Origin: Escherichia coli
GTDB taxonomy: Bacteria > Pseudomonadota > Gammaproteobacteria > Enterobacterales > Enterobacteriaceae
DNA: 64,000 nucleotides
Assembly (NCBI RefSeq): GCF_003334765.1
Contig: NZ_QOWT01000023.1
Reading direction: 5' to 3' (one strand)
Shown here: one piece after another, positions 21,573 to 33,128 of the stretch
Numbering within the stretch: position 1 is the stretch's first letter
Layout of the letters: every line of letters starts with the position of its first letter
Notes under the pieces: model-generated
Seen by the model: the letters and a program-made list of their open reading frames with translations, nothing else
The model's database searches: none
Told to the model about the DNA's origin: nothing
Position numbers and translations under genes: made by a program

Positions 21573-22399
21573 GAAGATTCTTCTGGCTGGTCGCTGCCGC
21601 TCTGTTATTGGCAGGGTGTGCAGGCGAAAAAGGCATTGTCGAGAAAGAGGGATATCAGCTTGATACCCGACGCCAGGCGCAGGCGGCGTATCCGCGCATT
21701 AAAGTGCTGGTGATCCACTACACCGCAGATGATTTTGATAGCTCGCTGGCGACACTGACCGATAAGCAGGTCAGCTCGCATTATCTGGTCCCTGCGGTAC
21801 CACCGCGATACAACGGTAAACCGCGCATCTGGCAACTGGTGCCGGAACAAGAACTGGCCTGGCATGCGGGGATTAGCGCCTGGCGCGGGGCAACGCGCCT
21901 TAACGACACCTCTATTGGCATTGAGCTGGAAAACCGTGGCTGGCAAAAATCGGCCGGAGTGAAATATTTTGCCCCGTTTGAACCGGCACAGATTCAGGCG
22001 CTTATTCCACTGGCGAAAGATATTATTGCCCGTTATCACATCAAGCCGGAAAACGTAGTGGCACATGCGGATATCGCACCGCAGCGCAAAGACGATCCGG
22101 GGCCATTATTTCCCTGGCAGCAACTGGCGCAGCAGGGGATTGGTGCCTGGCCGGATGCGCAGCGGGTTAACTTTTACCTTGCCGGGCGCGCGCCGCACAC
22201 ACCGGTAGATACCGCGTCATTGCTGGAGCTTTTGGCGCGCTACGGTTATGACGTTAAACCTGATATGACACCGCGCGAGCAGCGGCGCGTGATTATGGCA
22301 TTCCAGATGCATTTCCGCCCGACGTTATATAACGGCGAAGCGGATGCAGAAACTCAGGCGATTGCCGAAGCATTGCTGGAGAAATACGGGCAGGATTAG
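21569..22399 (+). CDS. amiD: N-acetylmuramoyl-L-alanine amidase lipoprotein
   Basis: 276-aa ORF with the lipobox LLLAGC, an Amidase_2-type core (HYTA...), and a C-terminal PG-binding region. It overlaps ybjQ by 4 bp. Confidence 0.92.
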
Positions 22400-23409
22400 C
22401 GCGGCAGTTTTCCGTGGTCGCGTAGCCAGGCGGCAGTTTTCTCGATACCTTCATCCAGGGTGATGACCGGCTGATAACCTAACTCTTCCTGCGCACGCGT
22501 AATATCCAGCGTAAAGTCAAAATTCAACTTGGAGACGCCGTAGTGGGTCAGCGGCGGCTCTTTTGCTGACTTGCGGCCTAAACGCTCCATGCTGCGGGCG
22601 ATCATATCCAGCATCGGGTAGGGGACGGAACGAATACGACAGTCAATATTCAACTCGTCGATCAGCTTCTGCACGATGCTGCGCAGTGTGCGATGCTCGC
22701 CGTTGGTGATGTTGTACACACGCCCGGAAGGTAGCTTATCGCAGGCTTCCTGGCTTGCCAGCCACATTGCGTGCACGGCATTTTCATAGTAGGTCATATC
22801 GACCAGCGCACTGCCGCCATGCGGTAACAGAATACTGCCGTAGTGGTGCATCATATGCGCCAGACGGGGAATAAAGACTTTATCGTGCGGTCCGAACAGA
22901 CTTTGTGGGCGCAGAATAGTAAAGCGCGTTTGTGGATTCGCCTGCGAAAGCATATTGATCACTTCTTCGCTGGCTGCTTTGCTGCGGGCAAACTCGTTGG
23001 CGAAGCGGTGAGGGCGAAAATCTTCTTTAATATCGCGATGGTGGTGATAATCGAAGTACAGGGAGGGGGAAGAGATATGAATAAAGTTACGCACACCCCA
23101 GGCGACAGCCCATTCACCCAGGCGGCGAGTGGCGCGAACGTTAGCCAGATCGAAAGCCTGTTGTGTCCCCCAGGGTGAGGTAAAGCTGGAGCAGTGCCAC
23201 AGCGTATCAATGCCCGCGAGCATCACTTTAGCTTGTGATGAAACCAGCTCGGTCAGATCCGCCGGAACAAACTCTGCGCCCATTTTTTCCAGCAATTTGC
23301 CCATTGCCTCGTTGCGACCGGTCGCTCGCACGCTGATGCCTTTCTGGCATAAAAACTCTACCGCGTTTCGACCTAAGCCGCTGGTGGCGCCGGTAACCAG
23401 TACCTTCAT
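22396..23409 (-). CDS. ybjS: NAD(P)-dependent epimerase/dehydratase family protein
   Basis: 337 aa from the internal [23 protein letters not shown], with the Rossmann motif GATSGLG. Confidence 0.9.
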   Translation of the reverse strand: MKVLVTGATSGLGRNAVEFLCQKGISVRATGRNEAMGKLLEKMGAEFVPADLTELVSSQAKVMLAGIDTLWHCSSFTSPWGTQQAFDLANVRATRRLGEWAVAWGVRNFIHISSPSLYFDYHHHRDIKEDFRPHRFANEFARSKAASEEVINMLSQANPQTRFTILRPQSLFGPHDKVFIPRLAHMMHHYGSILLPHGGSALVDMTYYENAVHAMWLASQEACDKLPSGRVYNITNGEHRTLRSIVQKLIDELNIDCRIRSVPYPMLDMIARSMERLGRKSAKEPPLTHYGVSKLNFDFTLDITRAQEELGYQPVITLDEGIEKTAAWLRDHGKLPR

Positions 23410-23507
23410 ATCAATCCACTGTTGTTGAGAAAATAACGTGCGCATTCTTCCGTGATTTCCCCCATGATGCAATGGGAAACATGAAAGAATAACGCAGGTT
23501 TTGTCGA

Positions 23508-24938
23508 TTAATCTGTGCTTTGTTCTGCCAGTCTGGCGATTTGTTTTGCCATTCCGCGAAAAATAAACAGATGCGCGGGGATCATCAATAACCAGTAAAA
23601 CAGCCCCGGCATACCGTGCGGATGCCAGAAAGCGCGGACATCGATAGTACGATAGTCGCCTTTATCTTCCAGGCTAAAACACAGTCGTCCCAGCCCCGGC
23701 GCTTTCATGCCAAATAACAACGTAAGTTGTTTTTCCGGTTCAACGACAATCACTTTCCAGCTATCCACCGCATCGCCAGTCTGTAAATATTCGCGCTCCG
23801 GGCGGCCTTTCGCCAGCTTATGACCGATCGCGCGGTCCATCAACGCCCGTGTCTGCCACAAAATATTGCCAAAGAAATAACGCTCTTTACCGCCGATTTG
23901 GTTCACTACCTGCCATAAAGCAGCAAGGCTGGCGGACGTTTTAACGGTAAACCCCGCCTGTTTGGCAAAATAACCGTACTCCGGTCGCCAGCGGGCAAAG
24001 GCCTGAGCGTCGTAGCCCCAGTCGCTGGAGTTGACCAGTTTTTCCTCCTCTTTCAACGTGCTACGTACCGCGTCATCGAAAGCGATCAGCCGTTGTGGGA
24101 TGAGTGCACGTAGCGCGGTATCATCCGCCAGCAGATCGTGTTTCAGCCCCTGAATCAACGCCCTGGCGGTGGTGGGCGGTACGGAAGTAATCACATTGAG
24201 AAACCACACCGAAATCCAGCGGGTGGGGAGGGGGATGGGGATCAACCAGCGGCGCTTACCGCTCACCGCCATAAAATGTTCAAACTGTTGCTGATAACTG
24301 AGCACCTCTGGTCCGGCGGCTTCGAAGATGCGGTGTTCGCTGGCCGGATGATCTAACAACGCAACCAGATAGTGCAGCAAGTTTTCCAGCGCAATGGGCG
24401 TGGTGCGTGAACGAACCCAGCGCGGAGGCGTTAAGACTGGCAGGTTGTAGACCATATCGCGCATGACTTCGAACGCCGCGGAACCTGCGCCAACGATAAT
24501 TCCGGCCCGCAGTTCGGTCACGGGTACATTCGCTTCACGCAGAATGTCCGCCGTAGCCTGACGAGCACGCAGATGATCCGACTGCTCATGTGGCGGGGCC
24601 TGCAACGAACTAAGAAAGATTAATTGCTTAACTGGTACTTCACGTAGCGCATCGCGGACGTTGAGAGCCACCTGGCGCTCCTGAGCGATAAAATCGCCGC
24701 CTTCGCCCATGCTGTGCACCAGAAAATAGACCGTATCGATATCCTGCAACAGGGCCGGTAGGTTATCCGGCCAGCTGAGATCGACTTTATGGCAACTGAC
24801 GTTTGCCAGTTGCAGCTTTGCAAGCCTGTCGACATGACGTGCCGCCGCCAGGATCTGATGCCCTTGCTGGCTGAGTGTGCGCACCAGATGCTGACCAATG
24901 TAGCCACTGGCACCGAGAACTAAAATGCGTTGCGGCAC
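23508..24938 (-). CDS. ybjT: NAD(P)-binding / DUF2867 protein YbjT
   Basis: 476 aa from GTG: (M)[21 protein letters not shown]... Confidence 0.88.
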
Positions 24939-24948
24939 GTCTCTCTCC

Positions 24949-25950
24949 TTAACGCGCCAGGAATGCACGCCAGTGGGCGGCGACTTCCGCCAGTTGTTCG
25001 CGCGAGACGTCAAGATGCGTCACCAGGCGGACAATCGGCGAGGCGTTAATCAGCACGTTTCTCGCTTTCATGTATTCGCCTAACGCGGCAGCATTTTCTT
25101 CCCCGACGCGAACAAACAGCATATTGGTGTCCTGACGCATCACATCCGCGCCTGCTTCACGCAGCTGCTCCGCCATCCAGGCAGCGTTGTCGTGGTCTTC
25201 CTGCAAGCGCGCAACGTTATTTTTCAGGGCATATATCCCGGCGGCAGCCAGAATGCCGGACTGGCGCATCCCGCCACCTGTCATTTTCCGCCAGCGAATG
25301 GCACGTTTAATGTAATCACGATTACCGACGAGTAATGAACCGACTGGCGTCCCAAGACCTTTCGACAGGCAAATGGTGAACGAATCACAATATTGCGTGA
25401 TCTCTTTCAGTTCGCAGCCGTAAGCCACCACGGCATTAAAGATGCGCGCACCGTCAACATGCAGCGCCAGATTGCGCTCGCGGGTAAATTCCCATGCTTC
25501 TTTCAGGTATTCCCGCGGCAACACTTTGCCGTTGTGGGTGTTTTCCAGACTGAGTAATTTGGTGCGGGCGAAATGGATATCGTCGGGTTTGATTTTCATC
25601 GCCACTTTATCCAGCGGTAGCGTGCCGTCGGCAGCCGCGTCTATGGGTTGCGGTTGAATACTGCCCAGCACCGCCGCGCCACCGGCTTCAAACAGATAGT
25701 TATGCGCGGCCTGACCGACAATATACTCTTCGCCGCGTTCGCAGTGACTGAGCAGAGCGACCAGGTTGGCCTGAGTGCCGGTAGGCAGAAAAATGGCGGC
25801 TTCTTTACCGGAAAGCTCTGCTGCGTAGTCCTGCAGAGCATTAACGGTAGGGTCGTCTCCGTAAACGTCGTCCCCAACCGGGGCGGCCATCATCGCTTCG
25901 AGCATGGCGCGGCTTGGTCGGGTAACGGTATCACTGCGTAAATCAATCAT
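24949..25950 (-). CDS. ltaE: low-specificity L-threonine aldolase
   Basis: 333-aa [40 protein letters not shown]... Confidence 0.95.
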   Translation of the reverse strand: MIDLRSDTVTRPSRAMLEAMMAAPVGDDVYGDDPTVNALQDYAAELSGKEAAIFLPTGTQANLVALLSHCERGEEYIVGQAAHNYLFEAGGAAVLGSIQPQPIDAAADGTLPLDKVAMKIKPDDIHFARTKLLSLENTHNGKVLPREYLKEAWEFTRERNLALHVDGARIFNAVVAYGCELKEITQYCDSFTICLSKGLGTPVGSLLVGNRDYIKRAIRWRKMTGGGMRQSGILAAAGIYALKNNVARLQEDHDNAAWMAEQLREAGADVMRQDTNMLFVRVGEENAAALGEYMKARNVLINASPIVRLVTHLDVSREQLAEVAAHWRAFLAR

Positions 25951-25986
25951 GGCATGTCCTTATTATGACGGGAAATGCCACCCTTT

Positions 25987-27705
25987 TTACCTTAGCCAGT
26001 TTGTTTTCGCCAGTTCGATCACTTCATCACCGCGTCCGCTGATGATTGCGCGCAGCATATACAGGCTGAAACCTTTGGCCTGTTCGAGTTTGATCTGCGG
26101 TGGAATGGCTAACTCTTCTTTGGCGACCACCACATCCACCAACACCGGACCGTCGATGGAGAAGGCGCGTTGCAGGGCTTCATCAACTTCAGACGCTTTT
26201 TCTACACGGATACCCGTAATGCCGCACGCTTCGGCAATGCGGGCAAAGTTTGTGTCGTGTAGTTCGGTGCCGTCAGTCAAATAGCCACCAGCTTTCATCT
26301 CCATCGCCACAAAGCCCAGCACGCTGTTGTTAAAGACGACAATTTTCACTGGCAGTTTCATCTGCACTACTGAGAGGAAATCGCCCATCAACATGCTAAA
26401 ACCGCCATCGCCGCACATGGCGACCACCTGACGTTCTGGCTCTGTCGCCTGCGCACCCAGCGCCTGCGGCATGGCGTTAGCCATCGAACCGTGGTTAAAC
26501 GAACCTAACAGGCGACGCTTGCCGTTCATTTTTAGATAACGTGCCGCCCACACCGTTGGCGTACCAACGTCACAGGTGAAAATAGCGTCATCGGCGGCAA
26601 AATGACTAATTTGCTGCGCCAGATATTGCGGGTGAATGGCTTTCTCGCTCGGTTTAGCTAAATCGTCCAGCCCTTTGCGGGCGTCGCGGTAATCTTCCAG
26701 CGCTTTATCCAGAAACTTGCGATCGGCTTTTTCTTCCACCAATGGAAGCAATGCACGCAGAGTCGACTTGATATCGCCGACCAGTGCCATATCCACCTTG
26801 CTGTGAGCGCCGATGCTGGCTGGGTTGATATCAATCTGAATGATTTTGGCATCGGTCGGGTAGAAGGCGCGGTAGGGAAATTGCGTGCCGAGTAGCACTA
26901 ACGTGTCGGCGTTCATCATGGTATGGAAACCTGACGAGAAGCCGATTAACCCGGTCATTCCAACATCATACGGATTATCGTATTCGACATGTTCTTTACC
27001 GCGCAGGGCATGAACAATAGGCGCTTTAATTTTCCCGGCAAACTCAACTAACTCTTTATGCGCCCCCGCGCAGCCGCTGCCACACATCAGGGCGATATTG
27101 CTGGAATAACGCAGCAGTTGCGCCAGTTTGCGTAACTCTTCTTCTTCCGGCGTCACGACTGGTTGTGGCGCATGATACCAGTGCATGGTTGCCCCTTCTG
27201 GCGCAGGTTTTAACGCCACGTCGCCTGGTAACACGACAACCGAAACGCCACGGTTAAGCACCGCTTTGCGCATGGCAATCGCCAGTACTTGTGGGATCTG
27301 CTCCGGGCTGGAAACCAGCTCGCAATAGTGACTACATTCGCGGAATAGCTCTTGTGGGTGGGTTTCCTGGAAATAGCCGCTGCCAATTTCGCTGGAGGGA
27401 ATATGAGCGGCAATCGCCAGTACCGGAACGTGATTGCGGTGGCAATCGAACAGGCCGTTGATTAAGTGCAGGTTGCCGGGGCCGCACGATCCGGCGCAGA
27501 CCGCCAGTTCTCCGCTAAGTTGTGCTTCAGCGCCAGCGGCAAAGGCCGCCACTTCTTCGTGGCGGGTGGACATCCACTCGATGGTGCCCATGCGATTAAG
27601 ACTGTCACTAAGACCGTTCAGAGAGTCGCCTGTGACTCCCCAGATGCGTTTCACCCCTGCCGATTCGAGTGTTTTGGCGATATAAGCTGCAACCGTTTGT
27701 TTCAT
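25987..27705 (-). CDS. poxB: pyruvate:ubiquinone oxidoreductase (pyruvate oxidase)
   Basis: 572-aa [35 protein letters not shown]..., a ThDP/FAD enzyme. Confidence 0.96.
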
Positions 27706-27837
27706 GGTTCTCCATCTCCTGAATGTGATAACGGTAACAAGTTTAGTTCATCTGACGGAGGGGGAAGGGATGGGAGAGAAAGGAGGCACTAACGGTTAAA
27801 TAGCCCGATGAAAGGAATATCATCGGGCATAAGGCGA

Positions 27838-28806
27838 TTATGCGAGAACCAAATCCCCCTGCGGATGGCAGGAGCAGGCCAGTACGTAACCTTCAGCGAT
27901 TTCGGCGTCGGTCAGCGTCATTGTGCTGCTCACCGTATATTCACCGGAAACCACTTTTGTCTTACAGCAGCCGCAAACACCCGCACGGCAGGCAGCGACA
28001 ACCGGAACGTTATTGCTTTCCAGCGCCTCCAGTAGCGTGGTGCCAACCGGGGCGTAAAATTCTCGTGCCGGTTGCAGTTTGGTGAATTTCAGACCGCTGG
28101 TCGCCGCTTCTGCTACTGGGGTGAAGAATTTCTCTTTAAAGAAACGCGTCACGCCGAGCGCTTTCACTTCCTGCTCTACCCAATCCATATACGGAGCCGG
28201 GCCGCAGGTCATCACGGTACGTGAAGCTAAGTCAGGTACACCTGCCAGCAGTTCGCGAGTGAGACGACCAGCGATAAAGCCTTCGGTAACGTTATTTTCT
28301 GCCACCAGCGTTACCGGATAGTTACGCCACTCATCGGCGAAAATAACATCCTGCGGCGTACGCACGTTGTAGATCACCCGCACATCGGCCTGTGGACGGT
28401 TCTTCGCAAGCCAGCGACGCATCGACATAATCGGCGTGACGCCGCAGCCTGCCGCCAGCAACAGGAATTTATCTTCTGCTTTATCGTCGCAGGTAAATTC
28501 CCCCATCGCGTCCGAAAGCCAGAGATAATCACCGCGTTTTACATCGCGCGTCAGCCACTGGGAGCCGACACCGTCATCAATCCGCCGCACGGTCAGGGTG
28601 ATATATTCACTCACGCCTGGCGTGGAGGAAATGGTGTAAGCACGCAGCGTTTCCGCTGAGTTTCGCACGCTGACCAGTGCATATTGCCCGGCGCGATATG
28701 GGTAGTAATCGTGGCAAATCAGGGAAATCGTCCACACATCCGGCGTTTCTTGCGTAATGTGATGAACCTGCATCCGCCACGGGCATTGATTCGTTGGCAT
28801 CGTCAT
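27838..28806 (-). CDS. hcr: NADH oxidoreductase for hybrid-cluster protein
   Basis: 322 aa from the internal ATG, MTMPTNQCPWRMQVHHITQETPDVW, with a C-terminal 2Fe-2S ferredoxin motif CRAGVCGCC. Confidence 0.94.
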   Translation of the reverse strand: MTMPTNQCPWRMQVHHITQETPDVWTISLICHDYYPYRAGQYALVSVRNSAETLRAYTISSTPGVSEYITLTVRRIDDGVGSQWLTRDVKRGDYLWLSDAMGEFTCDDKAEDKFLLLAAGCGVTPIMSMRRWLAKNRPQADVRVIYNVRTPQDVIFADEWRNYPVTLVAENNVTEGFIAGRLTRELLAGVPDLASRTVMTCGPAPYMDWVEQEVKALGVTRFFKEKFFTPVAEAATSGLKFTKLQPAREFYAPVGTTLLEALESNNVPVVAACRAGVCGCCKTKVVSGEYTVSSTMTLTDAEIAEGYVLACSCHPQGDLVLA

Positions 28807-28817
28807 CGACAAACTCC

Positions 28818-30470
28818 TTACGCGCTCAACAGTTGCTTCATGTCTTCTTCAACAGTGGTGATAGAACGCAGGCCGAATTTCTCGTTCAGCACCGCCAGCA
28901 GGTCTGGTGTCAGGAAACCAGGTGCAGTCGGGCCGGTGACGATATTTTTCACGCCCAGAGAAAGCAGCGTCAGCAGAATGACGATCGCTTTCTGTTCAAA
29001 CCAGGAGAGCACCAGCGACAGCGGCAGATCGTTGACACCGCAGCCCAGTTTCTCTGCCAGAGTGACAGCCAGAATAATCGCTGAGTAAGCATCGTTACAT
29101 TGACCTGCATCTACCAGACGCGGCAGACCTTCGATATCGCCAAACTCAAGTTTGTTAAAGCGATATTTACCACAGGCGAGGGTCAGGATCAGGCAGTCAT
29201 CCGGCACGCTGGTGGCGAAATCGGTGAAGTAGTGGCGCTCGCCGCGTGCGCCGTCACAGCCACCAAGCAGGAAGATATGACGCAGTTTTTCACGGCTCAC
29301 CAGATCAATCAGCGTATCAGCAGCGCCAAGCAGCGTCTGGCGACCAAAACCCACGGTGATAAGGTGCGGAATTTCGCTGTACGGGAAGCCTGCCATCTGT
29401 TGCGCCTGGGTGATAACCGCAGAGAAATCATCACCGTCCAGATGACGCACGCCAGGCCAGCCAACAATGCTGCGGGTCCAGATACGATCGTCATAAGCGC
29501 CTACGGTTGGGTCGATGATGCAGTTCGAGGTCATCACGATGGGGCCAGGGAAACGAGCGAACTCCACTTGCTGATTCTGCCAGCCGCTGCCGTAGTTACC
29601 GACCAGATGCTTGAATTTACGCAGCTCCGGGTAGCCATGCGCAGGCAGCATTTCGCCGTGGGTGTAGACATTAACGCCCGTGCCTTCGGTCTGTTCCAGC
29701 AGGTTGTAGAGATCTTTGAGATCGTGACCGGAAATCAGAATGCATTTACCCGCCGTCGCTTTGACGTTGACCTGGGTTGGCGTCGGGTGACCGTATTTAC
29801 CGGTTTCGCCTGCATCCAGAATGCTCATCACTTTGAAGTTCATCTGGCCGATTTCCATTGAACACTCAAGAAGCGCGTTCATATCGGCAGGCCAGGTCCC
29901 CAGCCACGCCATGATTTTATGGTACTGGGCATAAATATCGTTGTCGTATTGACCGAGAACATGCGCGTGTTCCATATAGGCCGCCGCACCTTTCAGGCCA
30001 TACAGGCACAGCAGACGCAGGCCGAGAATGTTTTCGCCAATCGCCGCTTTATCTTTGTTAGGGGTAAATTCTGCTGCCTGACGTTGCAGCTCGCCGAGAT
30101 CGTCGCTCACCAGTTGCAGGTCAGCCATCGGGTTATCGACGCGCGCGTTGGCATCTACAGCCAGGCATTGCGCTTTCAGCGCCTCGCGCAGGGCAATCGC
30201 TTCACGAGCGTAGCCGACAATACGCGGAGAATCGAAGTTAACGTTGGTCAGGGTTGAGAAAAAGGCACGTGGCGCGAAGCTGTCAACATCGTGGTTGATG
30301 ATGCCGTATTCACGCGCTTTTACCGCCCAGGCAGAAAGCCCTTGCAGCGCCGCGATGAGTAAATCCTGAAGGTCAGAAGTTTCCGCCGTTTTACCACACA
30401 TCCCCTGCGCGTATGAGCAGCCGTTTCCTGCCGGAGTACGGATAGTTTGTTCACATTGCACACAAAACAT
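28818..30470 (-). CDS. hcp: hybrid-cluster protein (hydroxylamine/NO reductase)
   Basis: 550 aa from the internal [30 protein letters not shown], with an N-terminal Cys cluster. Confidence 0.95.
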
Positions 30471-30566
30471 GATCACACCTTTTAAAGTTATATTTAATAT
30501 ACATGTTTAAGGTTAAGACGCTTAACGCGGGGATAAAAGGGATTTTTCATGCAACTTTAAGGGAGA

Positions 30567-30580
30567 TTGATTTAGCGCAA
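30567..30580 (-). promoter_or_regulatory. candidate FNR half-consensus site upstream of hcp
   Basis: TTGATTTAGCGCAA compared with the consensus TTGAT-N4-ATCAA, about 100 bp upstream of the hcp ATG. hcp is known to be FNR-activated. Confidence 0.45.
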
Positions 30581-30613
30581 TTTTGGCGGCAGGGATCTAC
30601 CGCCAGAGAGGTA

Positions 30614-31513
30614 TTACGCAGAGAAAAAGGCGATGAGGATCGGCACTAACAGGCTAAGAATAAAACCGTGAACAATTGCCGCCGGGACCATATCCAGCCC
30701 GCCAGTACGTTGAAGAACGGGCAGGGTGAAATCCATTGATGTGGCACCGCATAAGCCCAGTGCAGTAGAGCGGCTGCGGCGAATCAGCCCAGGGATCAAC
30801 ATAATAGCAATCAGTTCACGGGCCAGATCATTAAAAAACGCCGCGCTCCCGATTACCGGACCAAAAGATTCGGTCAATAAAATACCGGAAAGAGAATACC
30901 AGCCGAAACCGGAGGCCATTGCCAGCGCGGTATTGATGGGGAGATCAAGAATAAAGGCGTTAATTAAACCACCAATTAATGAACTGACAACCACCACCAC
31001 GGCGACAATCATTCCCCGGCGATTAAGGACAATCTGCTTTAAGGTCATGCCATTATTGCGCAACTGAATACCAACGAGGAAAAGTAGCAAAATTAACGTG
31101 TATTCACTGGCTTCGGTTGCGTGTTGTAAGAAAGCCAGTCCACTTAGACCAATGGCAAAACCAATCACTACTACGCCGCACAGTTTTAGCGACTCCAGCG
31201 CCATCGCAATACGCGACGGGAGTTTTTCTTGCTGATGGTGGTTGCGCCACGGCAGGCCTCGCTCCAGCCACATCAGGGCGGCAATATTACACAGTAAAAT
31301 AACGGTAATACTGACGGCAGAATAATGCAGAATCGCCAACAGGTTACTGGCGAGGTTATCGAGAAACGCCAGACTGATACCCATAAAAAAGAGAATAAGG
31401 TAAACCATCCAGCTTAATAGCTGATTAATAACTTTTAACGCAGCTTGTTGGCGAAGCGGAATGAGGTAACCCACAATCAGGGGAACCAGAATGATTAACA
31501 GCCCAGAAAACAT
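30614..31513 (-). CDS. lysO: lysine exporter LysO (YbjE)
   Basis: 299 aa from the internal ATG, MFSGLLIILVPLIVGYLIPLRQQAALKV, polytopic. Confidence 0.92.
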   Translation of the reverse strand: MFSGLLIILVPLIVGYLIPLRQQAALKVINQLLSWMVYLILFFMGISLAFLDNLASNLLAILHYSAVSITVILLCNIAALMWLERGLPWRNHHQQEKLPSRIAMALESLKLCGVVVIGFAIGLSGLAFLQHATEASEYTLILLLFLVGIQLRNNGMTLKQIVLNRRGMIVAVVVVVSSLIGGLINAFILDLPINTALAMASGFGWYSLSGILLTESFGPVIGSAAFFNDLARELIAIMLIPGLIRRSRSTALGLCGATSMDFTLPVLQRTGGLDMVPAAIVHGFILSLLVPILIAFFSA

Positions 31514-31968
31514 GAAAACCCAGTCCTTGCAAAGATGAAGTCGAAATGCGCGATGACACACTACTGAAAGCGGAAGGACGAGTAAAGTTGCAATTAAAAG
31601 GAAATGTTATGCATAAGGAGCAGTAGAGTATTCGTTTTCATTTAAAGATATTCTTGCGCTTTAATTACAAACTGCACCGATGTTGGTGGCGTCAAAATCG
31701 CCGAGGCGTTCCCTGAAGGCCGGGGCAGCCCACATGGATGTGGGCTGAGGGCGCGTTTTACAGGGATGTTACCTCGCGCCCGACCCGGTAGCCGTAAGGG
31801 ATAAGTCGAGGGCACCGCGCAGCGGCGATTTTGTTCGCCAGAGCCCGGGGGTGCAGGGGGCGGCGGCGATTGGCCGCCCCCTGCGCGCTCCTTGCGCCAG
31901 TGGCAATATGTTGCTTAGCTCATGAAAGGAGCGCAACAAGATGATGAATCAACATATAACAACATCTT

Positions 31969-31998
31969 AAAAAAAGGCCTGACATTACGCCAGGCCTT
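31969..31998 (-). terminator. rho-independent terminator of aqpZ
   Basis: Stem AGGCCTG/CAGGCCT (31975-31981 / 31991-31997), followed on the minus strand by a T7 run. Confidence 0.75.
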
Positions 31999-32007
31999 CT
32001 GCGTTAA

Positions 32008-32703
32008 TTAATCACGCTTTTCCAGCAGGGTCCGGTAAATCAGACCACCGATAATGCCGCCGACAATTGGCACCACCCAGAAGAACCACAGTTGTTCTAA
32101 TGCCCAGCCGCCCTGGAAGATAGCAACCGCGGTGCTGCGCGCCGGGTTAACAGAAGTGTTAGTCACCGGAATACTAATTAAGTGAATCAGGGTTAAGGCC
32201 AGACCAATAGCGATCGGCGCAAAACCTGCCGGCGCGAATTTGTCGGTTGCGCCGTGGATCACCAACAGGAAACCTGCACTCAATACCAGTTCAACTACCA
32301 GCGCGGAAAGCATGGAATAACCGCCTGGTGAATGCTCGCCATAACCGTTAGAAGCAAAACCGCTGGCTGCCGCGTCAAAACCCGTTTTACCACTGGCAAT
32401 TAAATACAGCAGCGCCGCTGCAACAATACCGCCGACAACCTGGGCAATTACGTAGCCAACGACTTCTTTTGCCGGAAAACGTCCGCCAGCCCATAAACCA
32501 ATAGTGACCGCCGGGTTAAAATGACCACCAGAAATATGACCAACAGCAAAGGCCATCGTCAGAACGGTCAGACCGAACGCCAACGCCACGCCGGCAAAAC
32601 CAATGCCTAATTCCGGGAAGCCTGCGGCCAGTACAGCACTACCACAGCCACCAAAAACAAGCCAGAAAGTACCAAAACATTCAGCTGCTAATTTTCTGAA
32701 CAT
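32008..32703 (-). CDS. aqpZ: aquaporin Z
   Basis: 231 aa from the internal [27 protein letters not shown], with two NPA motifs ([14 protein letters not shown]). Confidence 0.96.
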   Translation of the reverse strand: MFRKLAAECFGTFWLVFGGCGSAVLAAGFPELGIGFAGVALAFGLTVLTMAFAVGHISGGHFNPAVTIGLWAGGRFPAKEVVGYVIAQVVGGIVAAALLYLIASGKTGFDAAASGFASNGYGEHSPGGYSMLSALVVELVLSAGFLLVIHGATDKFAPAGFAPIAIGLALTLIHLISIPVTNTSVNPARSTAVAIFQGGWALEQLWFFWVVPIVGGIIGGLIYRTLLEKRD

Positions 32704-33128
32704 ATCCACCTCAATTAAAAATTGACCCTGTGAAAAATATGGTCGTTTTATAGGGTCGTCGTAAAAAAGTGACGACGGAAATAATGCGCGGCTATTTTAA
32801 AAACGAAGGCGAGTCATTCACCAGATAAATAAATCCAGTAAATTTGATTTAGGGCAACAGCGGGTTGCCCCATATAGTCATTTGTCTGATTGACAGTGTA
32901 GTGCACGCAAAAGATTTAATCCTTTAGGCGTAATAAAAAATAATTTATCATGCTAATTATTTGATTTTGTTGTTTTTGCAGACTTATCAGCAAGAGGGAG
33001 TATAACGCGATTATTCGCTCATTTTTCAGACATTTGCCATGCTTAAATGTGATGTCATCACGTATTAGCAAGGCCTTTCCCGTTATACTGCCAGCGTAAA
33101 GGATAAGTCACATATTTCTGGAGGGGAT

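Noticed and set aside
31680-31935. GC-rich, highly self-complementary stretch between lysO and aqpZ. It contains GCAGGGGGCGGC...GCCGCCCCCTGC, CAGCCCACA-TGGA-TGTGGGCTG, and long-range GGCG.CAAAATCGCCG arms. It was considered as a possible ncRNA or retron-like msr/msd.
   Set aside because: The intergenic length (446 bp) matches what I recall for K-12 at this locus, and there is no RT or other partner gene nearby. It is most likely a conserved intergenic repeat or structured element of the core genome. I cannot support a specific call.
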